Source of the DNA: Pirellulales bacterium
GTDB lineage: Bacteria; Planctomycetota; Planctomycetia; Pirellulales; UBA1268
Direction: 5' to 3'
DNA: 52,208 nt
NCBI GenBank assembly: GCA_032117045.1
Contig: JAUMAF010000120.1
Span: forward strand, 1 to 52,208
The position numbers and the translations under genes were made by a program. The notes under the pieces were generated by a model. It saw only the letters and a program-made list of their open reading frames with translations. It ran no database searches and had not been told where the DNA came from. This document shows positions 18,350-28,172 of the stretch, piece after piece. Within the stretch, counting starts at the first letter, position 1. Every line of letters starts with the position of its first letter.

Positions 18350-18765
18350 ACGTCCTCGGGATCGGCACCGACATCACGGAGTGTCTGCGGATCGCGCAGA
18401 TGATCGAGCGGCACGGCGAACTCTTCGTCGGCCGCGTCTACACGCCTGCCGAGATCGAGTATTGCCGGGCCCGAAAGATGGCCACGCAGCACTTCGCAGG
18501 CCGCTGGGCGGCGAAGGAAGCGGTGCTCAAGGCCTTGGGCACGGGCTGGCGGCGGGGCATCAGTTGGCGCGACGTCGAGATTCTGAACGGCGCCGGAGGC
18601 CGGCCCCAGGCGTTTCTCAAGGGGGGCACCCAGGAAATCGCCGAGAAGATGGGGATCAACGGCATCCTCGTGAGCATCTCCCACTGCCGATCGCATGCCA
18701 CCGCCTTCGCCGTGGCGCTCGACGAGATGCCAGGGACGTTCGCCACCGACATGCCGTGGCTGTGA
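18346..18765 (+). CDS. acpS: Holo-ACP synthase
   Basis: [10 protein letters not shown]..., [19 protein letters not shown] start in a GTGA overlap with the trpS stop. Confidence 0.9.
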   Translation: MNVLGIGTDITECLRIAQMIERHGELFVGRVYTPAEIEYCRARKMATQHFAGRWAAKEAVLKALGTGWRRGISWRDVEILNGAGGRPQAFLKGGTQEIAEKMGINGILVSISHCRSHATAFAVALDEMPGTFATDMPWL

Positions 18766-18779
18766 CGAATGGCGGCTCG

Positions 18780-19062
18780 TGCCCGTGACAGCCGGCCGTG
18801 AGGCCGCGGGCTGCCCTGGTGCGCGGCTCGGGGCTGCCCGTGCCCCGTCGCCGGACGTTCGGGGGGCTTGGGGCTGCCCGTGCCCCGGAGCCGGACGTTC
18901 GTTTCGCCCATCCTGGGCTTCACTCACTCGGATGCCGCCGGCGCTTCGGCATCCTGCCTCCGCTTGGCGTCATACGCCGGCTCCGGGGCACGGGCAGCCC
19001 CTCGCTGAGTTCATGCCCGTGAAAGCCGACTGGCCGTGAGGCCGCCGGCCATTGCGGCTCAT
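18780..19062 (+). repeat. Composite palindromic intergenic element, copy A: REP, duplicated left IR arm, about 118-nt conserved core, right IR arm, REP
   Basis: REP 18780..18811. IR-left GGGGCTGCCCGTGCCCCG at 18830..18847 and 18870..18887. Perfect complement CGGGGCACGGGCAGCCCC at 18984..19001. Inner hairpins at 18930..18954 and 18966..18978. REP 19010..19062. 18891..19008 matches 39087..39204 with about 4 mismatches by eye. Confidence 0.75.
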
Positions 19063-19099
19063 TCCTTGCAACCGTCGCGCGCGGCTCGGAGAAGCCGGA

Positions 19100-21883
19100 T
19101 CAGCCTTCAAACTTCTGCAACTCGGCGATGCCACCGGGGAGCGTGAGCTGCGCGAGAGGAGTGCCTTCCGGAACGGGCGTCACTCCGTCGCGGCGAGTGA
19201 GAGCGAGCCGCGTCTGGTTGCCGAGCAGGGCGTCGAGTTGCGACTTCAACTCCTTCTGCTTCGGCTCTGCGAGTTTGCCGAAGGCCTCGCGGCCCCGGCA
19301 CTTCGGGAAGGCACGGCAGCCGAGCCAGGGCCCACGCTTGCCGTCGCGGAGATTCATGAGATCGCCGCACTTCGGGCAGGCGATGTCGGTGACCAGCGGC
19401 GGCGGTGACGGAAACTTCAGGTTTCCCTTGCGATCGAGGTTGAGGATGAACGGCGGCGGCTCGGCGGCCGCGGCCTCCTTCGCCTTCTTGCCCTTCGGCT
19501 TCACCGGCCGAGGCTTGTCCTCGACCAGGAAATCGCCGAACCGTCCGGTCCGCTTCACCATCGGCACGCCGGCTGGCGAGAGCAGGTCGATCTGCTCCGG
19601 CAGCAGCGGCCGCCGCTGGCGGTCGACCGGCATCGCATAGGTGCAGGCCGGCACCTCTTTCGGCTTCACGACCCGCTTCGACTTCTTGCCCTTGGCGGTC
19701 AGGGCCGGCTCCGGCGGCTCCACGACGACCTTCTCGTTGTAGCCGCTGCAGGAGAGAAACTCCCCCTTGCCGCCGAGCCGGTAATCGAGCCGGCGGCCGC
19801 ACTCCGGGCAGGCATAGGGTGAGGGATCCGACTTCGCCTTTTCGTGCGGCTCGTCCATCGCGGTGTCGAGCTTCGGGGCGAGTTCGTCGTGGAACTCGTG
19901 GAGCATGTCGGTCCACTTCTTGGTGCCCTGCGCCACCTGGTCGAGTTCCCGCTCGATCTCCCGCGTGTAGCCGATCTCGATGAACTGGTTCTCGAAGCCC
20001 CGCTTGAGGAAGCCGGTCACCGCCTCGCCGATGGCCGTGGCGTGAAACCGTCGGTCCTGCTGGACGACGTAGCCGCGGTTCTCGATCACGTTGATGATGC
20101 TGGCGTAGGTGGAGGGGCGACCGATGCCCTCCTCCTCCATCTTTTTGACGAGCGTGGCCTCGGTGTAGCGAGGCGGAGGCGCCTGGAACTTCTGCCGCGG
20201 CTCGATGTCAAAGGGAGCGAGCTGCGTGCCCTTGTCGAAATCGGGGAGCACCTGGTCGCCGTCGTCCTTGGGCGTGCCGCTGATGCGATAGAAGCCGTCG
20301 AAGCGAAGCACCCGGCCGTTGGTCTTGAAGACGGCGCCGGTGTCGCGGTCGCTCCGGCGCATGCGAACGCTCGTTGAATCCCACTCGGCATCGGTCGACT
20401 GGGAGGCCACGAAGCACTGCCAGATCAGTCGGTAGAGCTTGAGCTGCTCGTCACTGAGGGCGGAGGCGATGAGGTCGGGCTCGCGGGCCGCGTCGGTCGG
20501 CCGGATGGCTTCGTGGGCCTCCTGAGCGCTCTCGTTGGAACTCGAATACGACCGCGGCTTCTCGGGAACATACGCGTCGCCATGCCGCTTCTGCAGGTAG
20601 CCGCGGGCCATCTCGATCGCCTCGCGGGAGAGGTTTGTCGAGTCGGTTCGCATGTAGGTGATCAGGCCCACCCGGCCCTCGTCGGGCAGGTCGATGCCCT
20701 CGTAGAGCTGCTGGGCGATCCGCATGGTGCGGTCGGTCGACATGCCGAGCCGGCTGCTCGCGGCCTGCTGAAGCGTGCTGGTGATGAACGGGGGATAGGG
20801 CCTGGAACGCGTCCGGGTCACATCAATCGATTCGACCGTGTACCGCGTCTTCGGGTCAGGCCGGCCCGTGATGCGGACGGTGTTTTGACCGCGGCCCTTG
20901 GCCGATGCGTCGAGCTCCCGCACGACCGCGATGTCGATCAGGCCTGCGGCCTCGGCGGCGGTGCGAACGGCAGCCGAGAGATCGGCGGTCGACGTGTTTT
21001 CCGCCTCGACCTTGAATGGCTTGCCCCCGACCTCGACCAGATCGCAGGCGAGCGATCGGTGATCGGCGAGCCAGGCCATCCGCTCCCGCACCAGCGGCGG
21101 CCGGCCGCGTTCGTCGCGACGGGCCATGAACGCACTCCATTCCGCATGCAGCGCCGCGGAGGCATCGACGTCGAATGTCATCGACGACGTGATCTCCCAC
21201 GACTCCGCCGGAGTGAAGGCGCGGATCTCCAGTTCCCTGTCGACCACGATCCGGGTCGCCACACTCTGCACGCGGCCGGCGCTCAGCCCGCCCGCCACCT
21301 TTTTCCAGAGGATGGGCGAGACCTGATAGCCCACGATCCGGTCGACGATCCGCCGGGCCTGCTGGGCCTCGACGCGGGGCATGTTGATCGCCCGCGGCGA
21401 CTGGAATGCCTTCAGGATCTCCGACTTCGTGATCGCGTCGAACGTCACCCGTTTGGCCCGCAGGGGATCGACGTCGAGCACCTGGGTGAGATGCCAGGCG
21501 ATGGCCTCGCCTTCCCGATCCAAGTCGGTGGCGAACCAGATCTCGCTGGCGGCCTTGGCGAGCTTCCGCAGTTCCGCGACCTTCTTCTTCTTGTCGTCGT
21601 CGATTTCGTAGGTCGGAGCGAAGTCGTGGTCGAGATCGACACCCGGCACCGGCTGTTTTTCTCCCTTGGGTGACTTGCTGGGGAGATCACGGATGTGGCC
21701 GATCGAGGCCTCCACCACGAAGCCTGGGCCCAGATATTTCCCGATGGTCTTCGATTTGGCGGGGCTTTCGACGATCACCAGTTGGTAATCGCCCTTCGCG
21801 GCGGAGGTGGCTCGTGGGCTCTCCGACCGCGTGGAACCGCCGCCCCGCCTGGGAGCCGCTCGCTTCGACGTCTTCTTTGCCAT
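19100..21883 (-). CDS. topA: DNA topoisomerase I with C-terminal Zn-ribbon repeats
   Basis: Toprim start LVIVESPAKSKTIGKYLG, catalytic region ITYMRTDS, several CPxCG/CxxC fingers at the C-terminus. Start taken at MAKKTSKR (21883). Confidence 0.95.
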   Translation of the reverse strand: MAKKTSKRAAPRRGGGSTRSESPRATSAAKGDYQLVIVESPAKSKTIGKYLGPGFVVEASIGHIRDLPSKSPKGEKQPVPGVDLDHDFAPTYEIDDDKKKKVAELRKLAKAASEIWFATDLDREGEAIAWHLTQVLDVDPLRAKRVTFDAITKSEILKAFQSPRAINMPRVEAQQARRIVDRIVGYQVSPILWKKVAGGLSAGRVQSVATRIVVDRELEIRAFTPAESWEITSSMTFDVDASAALHAEWSAFMARRDERGRPPLVRERMAWLADHRSLACDLVEVGGKPFKVEAENTSTADLSAAVRTAAEAAGLIDIAVVRELDASAKGRGQNTVRITGRPDPKTRYTVESIDVTRTRSRPYPPFITSTLQQAASSRLGMSTDRTMRIAQQLYEGIDLPDEGRVGLITYMRTDSTNLSREAIEMARGYLQKRHGDAYVPEKPRSYSSSNESAQEAHEAIRPTDAAREPDLIASALSDEQLKLYRLIWQCFVASQSTDAEWDSTSVRMRRSDRDTGAVFKTNGRVLRFDGFYRISGTPKDDGDQVLPDFDKGTQLAPFDIEPRQKFQAPPPRYTEATLVKKMEEEGIGRPSTYASIINVIENRGYVVQQDRRFHATAIGEAVTGFLKRGFENQFIEIGYTREIERELDQVAQGTKKWTDMLHEFHDELAPKLDTAMDEPHEKAKSDPSPYACPECGRRLDYRLGGKGEFLSCSGYNEKVVVEPPEPALTAKGKKSKRVVKPKEVPACTYAMPVDRQRRPLLPEQIDLLSPAGVPMVKRTGRFGDFLVEDKPRPVKPKGKKAKEAAAAEPPPFILNLDRKGNLKFPSPPPLVTDIACPKCGDLMNLRDGKRGPWLGCRAFPKCRGREAFGKLAEPKQKELKSQLDALLGNQTRLALTRRDGVTPVPEGTPLAQLTLPGGIAELQKFEG

Positions 21884-22117
21884 GGTTCGCGGAGTCTGGG
21901 GCGTTGGTGGGGAGGGTCTGAGGGGGACGCGTGGCTGCTGAACGTGAATCACGGATGGGGCGTGGCAGGGACATCGGGATTGGCGCCGACCGGCCCTGCG
22001 CTACAATCTTCGACCTGCCCCGGCCGGAACCGCGGCACGTCAGCGTTACCCTCCGCGATCTTTCCTTGTCAAGTCTCGGCGGTTTCGCCGTCGGGCCAAC
22101 AGCCTACAGGCGGTGCC

Positions 22118-24229
22118 ATGGCCGGCTCATTCGGAATTTTTCGGCAATACGAGAAGGCTGCCCTCGCCGCCCTGGCGATCATGGCGATGCTCGCCTTCTT
22201 CGTGCTGCCTCCGTTCCTGCAAATGAGCGGCGGCGCCGGTGGGCCCGACCCCATGGTGGTGACGTGGAAGGGGGGCGGCCTTCGGGAAAGCGGCCTCCAG
22301 CGGGCCGTGATCATGCGGAAGGTCATGAACCAGTTCCTGGTCGAGACCATGGCAGCGGCGGGCCAGGATCCGTCGCGGATGCGGCTGGCCGACGACGAAA
22401 AGGACGTGGTCGACACGATCCTGCTGGCCAAGGAGGCCGAGGCGAACGGCGTTGTCGTGAGCAACTCGGCGATCAACCAGTTTCTCGCCGAATGGACCAA
22501 TGATCTGGTTCGTCCCGACCAGTTCGACGATATCGTGGCCCGGATTGGCGGCCGGATGGGCATCTCCCAGGAAGACGTCTTCGAAGCCCTGCGAACGGTG
22601 CTGATGGCCCGTCGCATGGAGACACTGCTCCTCGGCGGCATCGGCTTCGAGGGAACGCCTCCGGGCTGGCGCTGGGACTACTTCCGACGGCTCGAGCAGG
22701 GGGCGACGGTCGAGGCTGTGCCGGTCGTGGTCGAGACGTTTGTCGACAAACTCCCGGAGCCGTCCGAGGCGGTGCTGCGGGCGTTTTACGACCGCTACAG
22801 GGACGATCTTCCCGAAGCCCGGAGCGCCGACCCCGGCTTCCGTCAGCCGCACCGTGCCCGCTACGACTTCCTCGTCGCCAAGGCCGGCGTGTTTCGCGAG
22901 GAAGAGGAGAAGAAGATCACGGACGAGCAGATCAAGGCCTTCTATGACGATCGCAAGGCGGCACTCTACAAGACCAAGCCCGAGGAGAAGGCGACGCCTG
23001 AGAAGCCGGCCGAAGACTCCTCCGATTCGAAGCCCGATTCCACGCCGGAGGCAGGCAGAGAACCCGAGAAAAAGGAGGGCGCGGCGACGCCGCGTCTGCC
23101 CGTTCGTCAGGTGGCCTTCAAGCAGCCGGCGGGTGCTGCGGCGGAGACGGCGGCCACGAAGGACGTCACAAACGGTCAAAAGGTCGCCGAAACGGATGCT
23201 GCCAGAAAAGATGGCGAGAAAGATGGCGAGAAAGAGGCCGCAGCCGGCGCCGAGGGTGAGTTTGAGCCGCTCGACAAGGTGAAGGACGATGTTCGCAAGC
23301 GGCTGGCCGACGAGGCCATCGAAAAGCGGATCACGGCGATTTTTGATGCCGTGAAAACCGACGTGGCCAAGTACGGCGAGTCGCTCGCCCTCTGGCAGGT
23401 GGCGGGGGATGGTGCCGGTCCCGCGCCCGCGGCGCCCGACGTTCAGAAAATCGCCGGGATCCAGGGGCTCGAAGGGGGACGATCGGACCTCGTCAACGCC
23501 TCGCAGGCGTTTGCCGCGGGGGGCATCGGTGGCAGTTTCGAGTTCGTGACGTCGCGCGAACTCGGGGTGCGGCAGCAGCGGTGGATCGATGGGATTTTTG
23601 GCCCGTCCGCGGCCATGCTCCAGCCGGTGACCTCCCGCGACATCGACGGCAACCGCTACATCTCCTGGAAGACGGAAGACCAGCCGGAGTTCACCCCCTC
23701 GTTTCAGTCATCCCGAGACGACGTGCTGCGGGCCTGGCGAATCGTCGAGGCGCGGCCGCTGGCCCAGAAGGCGGCCGAGGAACTGGCCGCCGAGGTCACG
23801 TCGGGCGGCAAGACGCTCGAGGCTGTGGCCGCGGCTCGCGGCGGTCTCGAGGTCGCGAAGGTCGGCCCGTTTACCTGGCTGAACCGGGGCACGGCCCCGT
23901 TTGGTGCCGCTCCGGTGCTCTCGCAGCCGGAAGGCCTGGCGATGCCTGGCGAGGAGACGATGCGGGCAGTCTTCGCCCTGGAGCCGGGCCAGGCAATCGC
24001 CGTCTTCAACGAGCCCAAGACCATCTGCTACTGCGTTCGGCTCACGGCTTTGGAGCCGAGCGAGGATCAGCTCAAGGAGTTGTTCCTCGCCTCGTCAACC
24101 GACCCACGGCGTCTGGCAGCGGTGGCCGAGGACGACACGCGCGAGGTCTATGATCGCTGGCTGAAGGCGATCGAGGCCCGCCACGCGGTGGCCTGGAAGC
24201 GCGAGCCCCGCGGACCCGAAATGCGGTAG
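22118..24229 (+). CDS. Membrane-anchored periplasmic chaperone-like protein (PpiD/SurA N-domain-like) with an acidic low-complexity insert
   Basis: N-terminal TM anchor (AALAALAIMAMLAFFVLPP), long soluble region, K/E/P-rich segment. The functional call is weak. The upstream part of ORF 21695.. is antisense to topA. Confidence 0.55.
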   Translation: MAGSFGIFRQYEKAALAALAIMAMLAFFVLPPFLQMSGGAGGPDPMVVTWKGGGLRESGLQRAVIMRKVMNQFLVETMAAAGQDPSRMRLADDEKDVVDTILLAKEAEANGVVVSNSAINQFLAEWTNDLVRPDQFDDIVARIGGRMGISQEDVFEALRTVLMARRMETLLLGGIGFEGTPPGWRWDYFRRLEQGATVEAVPVVVETFVDKLPEPSEAVLRAFYDRYRDDLPEARSADPGFRQPHRARYDFLVAKAGVFREEEEKKITDEQIKAFYDDRKAALYKTKPEEKATPEKPAEDSSDSKPDSTPEAGREPEKKEGAATPRLPVRQVAFKQPAGAAAETAATKDVTNGQKVAETDAARKDGEKDGEKEAAAGAEGEFEPLDKVKDDVRKRLADEAIEKRITAIFDAVKTDVAKYGESLALWQVAGDGAGPAPAAPDVQKIAGIQGLEGGRSDLVNASQAFAAGGIGGSFEFVTSRELGVRQQRWIDGIFGPSAAMLQPVTSRDIDGNRYISWKTEDQPEFTPSFQSSRDDVLRAWRIVEARPLAQKAAEELAAEVTSGGKTLEAVAAARGGLEVAKVGPFTWLNRGTAPFGAAPVLSQPEGLAMPGEETMRAVFALEPGQAIAVFNEPKTICYCVRLTALEPSEDQLKELFLASSTDPRRLAAVAEDDTREVYDRWLKAIEARHAVAWKREPRGPEMR

Positions 24230-24250
24230 TGGTTGTGCGGGGGGCTCCGG

Positions 24251-26134
24251 TCAACGGCGGGGCTTGAGCACGACCGTGGCCAGCGGGGGCAGCGTGAGCG
24301 TGAGCGAGTGGTCGCGGCCGTGGTGCGGATGCGGCGTCGTGGCGATCGCCCCCGCGTTGCCGAGGTTGCCCCCGCCGTACCAGGTCGAGTCGCTGTTGAA
24401 GACCTCATCGTAGACGCCGCCGTGCGGCACACCCAGTCGATAGCCCTCGCGGGGCACCGGCGTGAAGTTGCAGCACGTGATCACGAAATCAGCGGGATCG
24501 TTCGCCTTGCGGATGAAGGCCAGCACGCTGTCCTGCCAGTTGTGGCAGTCGATCCACTCGAAGCCCCGGCCGTCGAAGTCGAGTTCGTGGAGTGCGGGTT
24601 CGCGGCGGATCAGGGCATTGAGATCGGCGACCGACCTCGAGAGGCCCCGGTGCTTCTCCCACTGAACGAGGTGCCACTGCAGGCTCTCGTCGAAGTTCCA
24701 TTCGTTCCATTGGCCGAACTCGCCCCCCATGAAGAGCAGCTTCTTGCCAGGATGGCACCACATGTAGGCATACAGGAGCCGAAGGTTGGCGAACTTTTGC
24801 CAGTCGTCGCCCGGCATCTGGCCGATCATCGAACCCTTGCCGTGCACCACCTCGTCATGCGACAGCGGCAGCACGAAGTTTTCATGAAAGGCGTAGATCA
24901 GGCTGAAGGTGAGCTCGTCCTGATGAAACTTGCGGTGAACGGGGTCGTGCCGCATGTACTGCAGCGTGTCGTTCATCCAGCCCATGTTCCACTTGAGGCT
25001 GAAGCCGAGGCCGCCGACGTAGGTGGGCCGCGACACGCCGGGCCAGGCGGTCGATTCCTCGGCGATGGTCAGCGTGCCGGGATACTGCTCGTGCACCTGC
25101 ACGTTGAACGTCTTGAGGAACTCGATGGCCTCGAGGTTTTCGCGGCCGCCGAAGCAGTTCGGCTCCCACTCCCCTTCCTTGCGGCTGTAGTCGAGATAGA
25201 GCATCGACGCCACCGCATCGACCCGGAGACCGTCGACGTGGTAGCGGTCGAGCCAGAAGAGCGCGCTCGAGATCAGGTAGTTGGCGACCTCGTGCCGCCC
25301 GTAGTTGAAGATCAGCGTGCCCCAGTCGGGGTGCTCGCCCTTCCGGGGATCCTCATGCTCGTAGAGTGCCGTGCCGTCGAAGCGTCGGAGCCCGTGGCCA
25401 TCCTTGGGGAAGTGGGCCGGCACCCAGTCGATGATCACCCCGACCCCGGCGCGGTGGAGCGCGTCGATCAGCGACATCAGCGCCTGCGGTGGGCCGAAGC
25501 GGCTCGTCGCCGCAAACAGGCCGATCGTCTGGTAGCCCCAGCTGGCCGAGAGCGGATGCTCCGTCGGTGGGAGCAGCTCGACATGGGTAAATCCCATCTC
25601 GACCACGTAGGGCACCAGTTCCCGCTCGAGGTCGGCATAGGAGAGCCAGCGGTGAGGGTCGTCGCCCGGTCGCCGCCAGCTGCCCAGATGGAGCTCGTAG
25701 ATGCTCATCGGCGCCGAGAGGGCGTTGCGGCTGGCACGGGTCGCCATCCAGTCGCCGTCCTGCCACTGGAAGGCGGCGAGATCGATCACCTGCGAGGCGG
25801 TCCGCGGCGGCACCTCCGCCCCGAAGCCATAGGGATCGGTCCGATCGCTGTGACCGACCTCCTCGTACACGCGATACTTGTACATCGTGCCGGCGGCGAG
25901 CCCGGGTACGAACAACTCCCATACCCCCGACGGAATTCGCTTCTGCAGCCGGTGTGCCGAGCCATTCCAGCCGTTGAAATCACCGACCACGGAGACGGCC
26001 TCGGCATTCGGCGCCCAGACGGCGAAGTTCACGCCTCGGACGCCATCGTGGGTCTCGAGCTGGGCCCCGAGCTTCTCATAGCTCCTCCAGTGACGGCCCT
26101 CGCCAAAGAGATGAAGGTCGAAGTCGGTGAGCAT
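24251..26134 (-). CDS. glgB: 1,4-alpha-glucan branching enzyme
   Basis: [52 protein letters not shown]. Confidence 0.95.
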   Translation of the reverse strand: MLTDFDLHLFGEGRHWRSYEKLGAQLETHDGVRGVNFAVWAPNAEAVSVVGDFNGWNGSAHRLQKRIPSGVWELFVPGLAAGTMYKYRVYEEVGHSDRTDPYGFGAEVPPRTASQVIDLAAFQWQDGDWMATRASRNALSAPMSIYELHLGSWRRPGDDPHRWLSYADLERELVPYVVEMGFTHVELLPPTEHPLSASWGYQTIGLFAATSRFGPPQALMSLIDALHRAGVGVIIDWVPAHFPKDGHGLRRFDGTALYEHEDPRKGEHPDWGTLIFNYGRHEVANYLISSALFWLDRYHVDGLRVDAVASMLYLDYSRKEGEWEPNCFGGRENLEAIEFLKTFNVQVHEQYPGTLTIAEESTAWPGVSRPTYVGGLGFSLKWNMGWMNDTLQYMRHDPVHRKFHQDELTFSLIYAFHENFVLPLSHDEVVHGKGSMIGQMPGDDWQKFANLRLLYAYMWCHPGKKLLFMGGEFGQWNEWNFDESLQWHLVQWEKHRGLSRSVADLNALIRREPALHELDFDGRGFEWIDCHNWQDSVLAFIRKANDPADFVITCCNFTPVPREGYRLGVPHGGVYDEVFNSDSTWYGGGNLGNAGAIATTPHPHHGRDHSLTLTLPPLATVVLKPRR

Positions 26135-26272
26135 GGAGTGGCTTGACGTGGCGGCGCGGGGGAAGACCGTACAATCGTGCCACACGGCAGGGCTTCACGC
26201 GGCAGCCGGAATCTGAATCGGTGGCCGGCATGGTGTCGGCCATGACGAATGCACCGGCGGAGGCAGGCCACG

Positions 26273-26920
26273 ATGGGCTATGAGCGGTTCGGAGCGGTGG
26301 AACGCGAGATCTCGGTCGGCGGCACGTCGCTGACGTTGTGGCTGCCCCCGGATCTCGATGCGCTCATCGACGTCGAGGCCTTCGAGCGGGACGAGCGGAT
26401 CCCCTACTGGGCCAACGTCTGGGAATCGGCGATCGTCCTCGCCGAGGAACTGATGGCTCTGGATGGCACGGGGCAACGCCTTCTCGAACTCGGCTGCGGC
26501 CTCGCCCTGCCGGCCATCGTGGCCCGGCGCCGCGGTTTCGACGTGGTGGCGAGCGACTACGAGGAAGACGCCCTCGAAGGCGTGCGGTTCAACGCCGCCT
26601 GCAATGCCGCCGAGGGCCTTAAAACCCTCCTCCTCGACTGGCGGCGGCTTCCCGATGACCTCCCCACGTTCGATCTCGTCGTGGCCGCCGACGTGCTCTA
26701 CGAACCACACCATGCCGAGGCCCTTGCGACCGTGGTGGCCCGCACGCTCGCCCCGCACGGCGTGGCGCTGATCACCGACCCCGGCCGTGCCCGGGCCGTC
26801 AACTTCGAGCCTGCGATTCGCGCCGTCGGGCTGGGCGTGGTCAGGCAGCAGGCTCGTCGTCCCCAGGGCTTCACGTCTGGCCCGGCGATCGACATCTACC
26901 GCGTGACGCACCCAGCCTGA
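26273..26920 (+). CDS. Class I SAM-dependent methyltransferase (lysine-methyltransferase-like, Methyltransf_16 pattern)
   Basis: YWANVWESAIVLAE...LLELGCGLALPAIVAARRG...VVASDY...VVAADVLYE. The ATG at 26273 has GGAGG 9 nt upstream. Alternative ATG at 26249. Confidence 0.8.
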   Translation: MGYERFGAVEREISVGGTSLTLWLPPDLDALIDVEAFERDERIPYWANVWESAIVLAEELMALDGTGQRLLELGCGLALPAIVARRRGFDVVASDYEEDALEGVRFNAACNAAEGLKTLLLDWRRLPDDLPTFDLVVAADVLYEPHHAEALATVVARTLAPHGVALITDPGRARAVNFEPAIRAVGLGVVRQQARRPQGFTSGPAIDIYRVTHPA

Positions 26921-26997
26921 GGAGCCGAGGGTGGCACGCACTCCCCCGATGTCACCAAGGAGTCGCGGAACTGGCCAAGCCGGGCCACAATGATGGG

Positions 26998-28104
26998 ATG
27001 CGGACTTCCTCTCCCCCCGGAACAGCATGGCTGAGGCGGCGGACCACGGCACTCGTCGTGTCCGTGGCGACGCTGACGGTCTGCGGACCGCCCCCCGCGA
27101 TGGCGTTCGACGTGCAGTTCTCGATCGTGGATCCGGGCGGACAGTTCGATGCGAACGAACGGACCATCCTCGACGCGGCGCTGGTGCGTGTCGAACGGAT
27201 GTGGGAGACGGTGATTACGGGCTATCAGCAGAACATCAGCGTCGGCGGGATTCCGATCAGCGTCTCTCCGACGACTTCGGGCCTGGCCTCGGCGAGCTAC
27301 TCGGGCACCACGCTCCAGGGAGGCTTCACGATCTCGACGGGGGGCTTCATTAACATCAACGTCAACGAGATCGAGAATTTCGCCAACTGGCAGGGGGCCG
27401 GCGCCAACGGCCGCAACTACATCGACGAACTGTTGGCGCACGAGGTGGGCCACGTGCTCGGCGTGGGAACGCTCTGGGTCGGCAACGGCGTGTACGCCAC
27501 GAACACGTTTCACTACACCGGCACGTACGGGCTGGCGGCGTATCAGGCCGAGTTTCACCAGGCCATCGCGTTTATTCCCGTTGAAAATGCCGGCAATCCA
27601 GGCACACCGAACGCGCACTGGGATCAGCTGATGCGAAGCAGTTCTCAAGAAGGAAATCCCAGCGATCCCTGGAGCCTCGATCCCCGCGTCGGCGTGGTCG
27701 ATCAGGATGGTCGCGATCGTGGGCTCGAGCTGATGACGGGTGCCATCGATCCCGACTACGGCGAGCCGTTTCTGTCGCGCTTTACCGTGGAGTCGATGCG
27801 GGATCTCGGGTATACGGTCGCGAGGTTCGAAGACTTCAACGGCGACGGGGCAGTCGATCTGCTCGACCGCTCGATCCTGCTGGCCAACATGGGCGCCACA
27901 GGCCTGGAGATCGACAGCATCGCGTTTGGCGACGCGAACCGCGATCGGCTGATTACCGCGGCGGATATGGCCCTGTGGGAAACTGCGGCAGGGGTGCCGG
28001 AGCCGGGATCGCTCGCGTTGGTAGGCGTCGTCATCGTGGGCTTGGCCCGTTCATGGATCGGGTCAAGCCACCGTGCCACATCGCCCCCCGCGGCCCCCGG
28101 GTGA
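26998..28104 (+). CDS. Secreted HExxH zinc metalloprotease with two dockerin-type Ca-binding repeats and a PEP-CTERM sorting signal
   Basis: Signal peptide (RRRTTALVVSVATLTVC...AMA), LLAHEVGHVLG, FNGDGAVDLLD and GDANRDRLITAADM dockerin repeats, VPEPGSLALVGVVIVGLARS PEP-CTERM motif. Confidence 0.75.
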   Translation: MRTSSPPGTAWLRRRTTALVVSVATLTVCGPPPAMAFDVQFSIVDPGGQFDANERTILDAALVRVERMWETVITGYQQNISVGGIPISVSPTTSGLASASYSGTTLQGGFTISTGGFININVNEIENFANWQGAGANGRNYIDELLAHEVGHVLGVGTLWVGNGVYATNTFHYTGTYGLAAYQAEFHQAIAFIPVENAGNPGTPNAHWDQLMRSSSQEGNPSDPWSLDPRVGVVDQDGRDRGLELMTGAIDPDYGEPFLSRFTVESMRDLGYTVARFEDFNGDGAVDLLDRSILLANMGATGLEIDSIAFGDANRDRLITAADMALWETAAGVPEPGSLALVGVVIVGLARSWIGSSHRATSPPAAPG

Positions 28105-28172
28105 CGGTGCACCCGAGGGCTGCGGGTCGGACGAATGAATCCGCACAGGCCAGGCAATCAGAGGCCCGCCGA

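Noticed and set aside
18798-19022. Short ORFs inside the composite repeats (18798..19022, 18695..19039, 38983..39204, 39098..39874)
   Set aside because: The two near-identical DNA copies are crossed by ORFs in different frames with unrelated products. Conservation is at the nucleotide and palindrome level, not the protein level.
24233-26146. 637-aa plus-strand ORF
   Set aside because: It is exactly antisense to glgB, whose motifs are unmistakable. The product is Arg/Ala/Val/Gly-rich with no recognisable motif, typical of a GC-driven shadow ORF.
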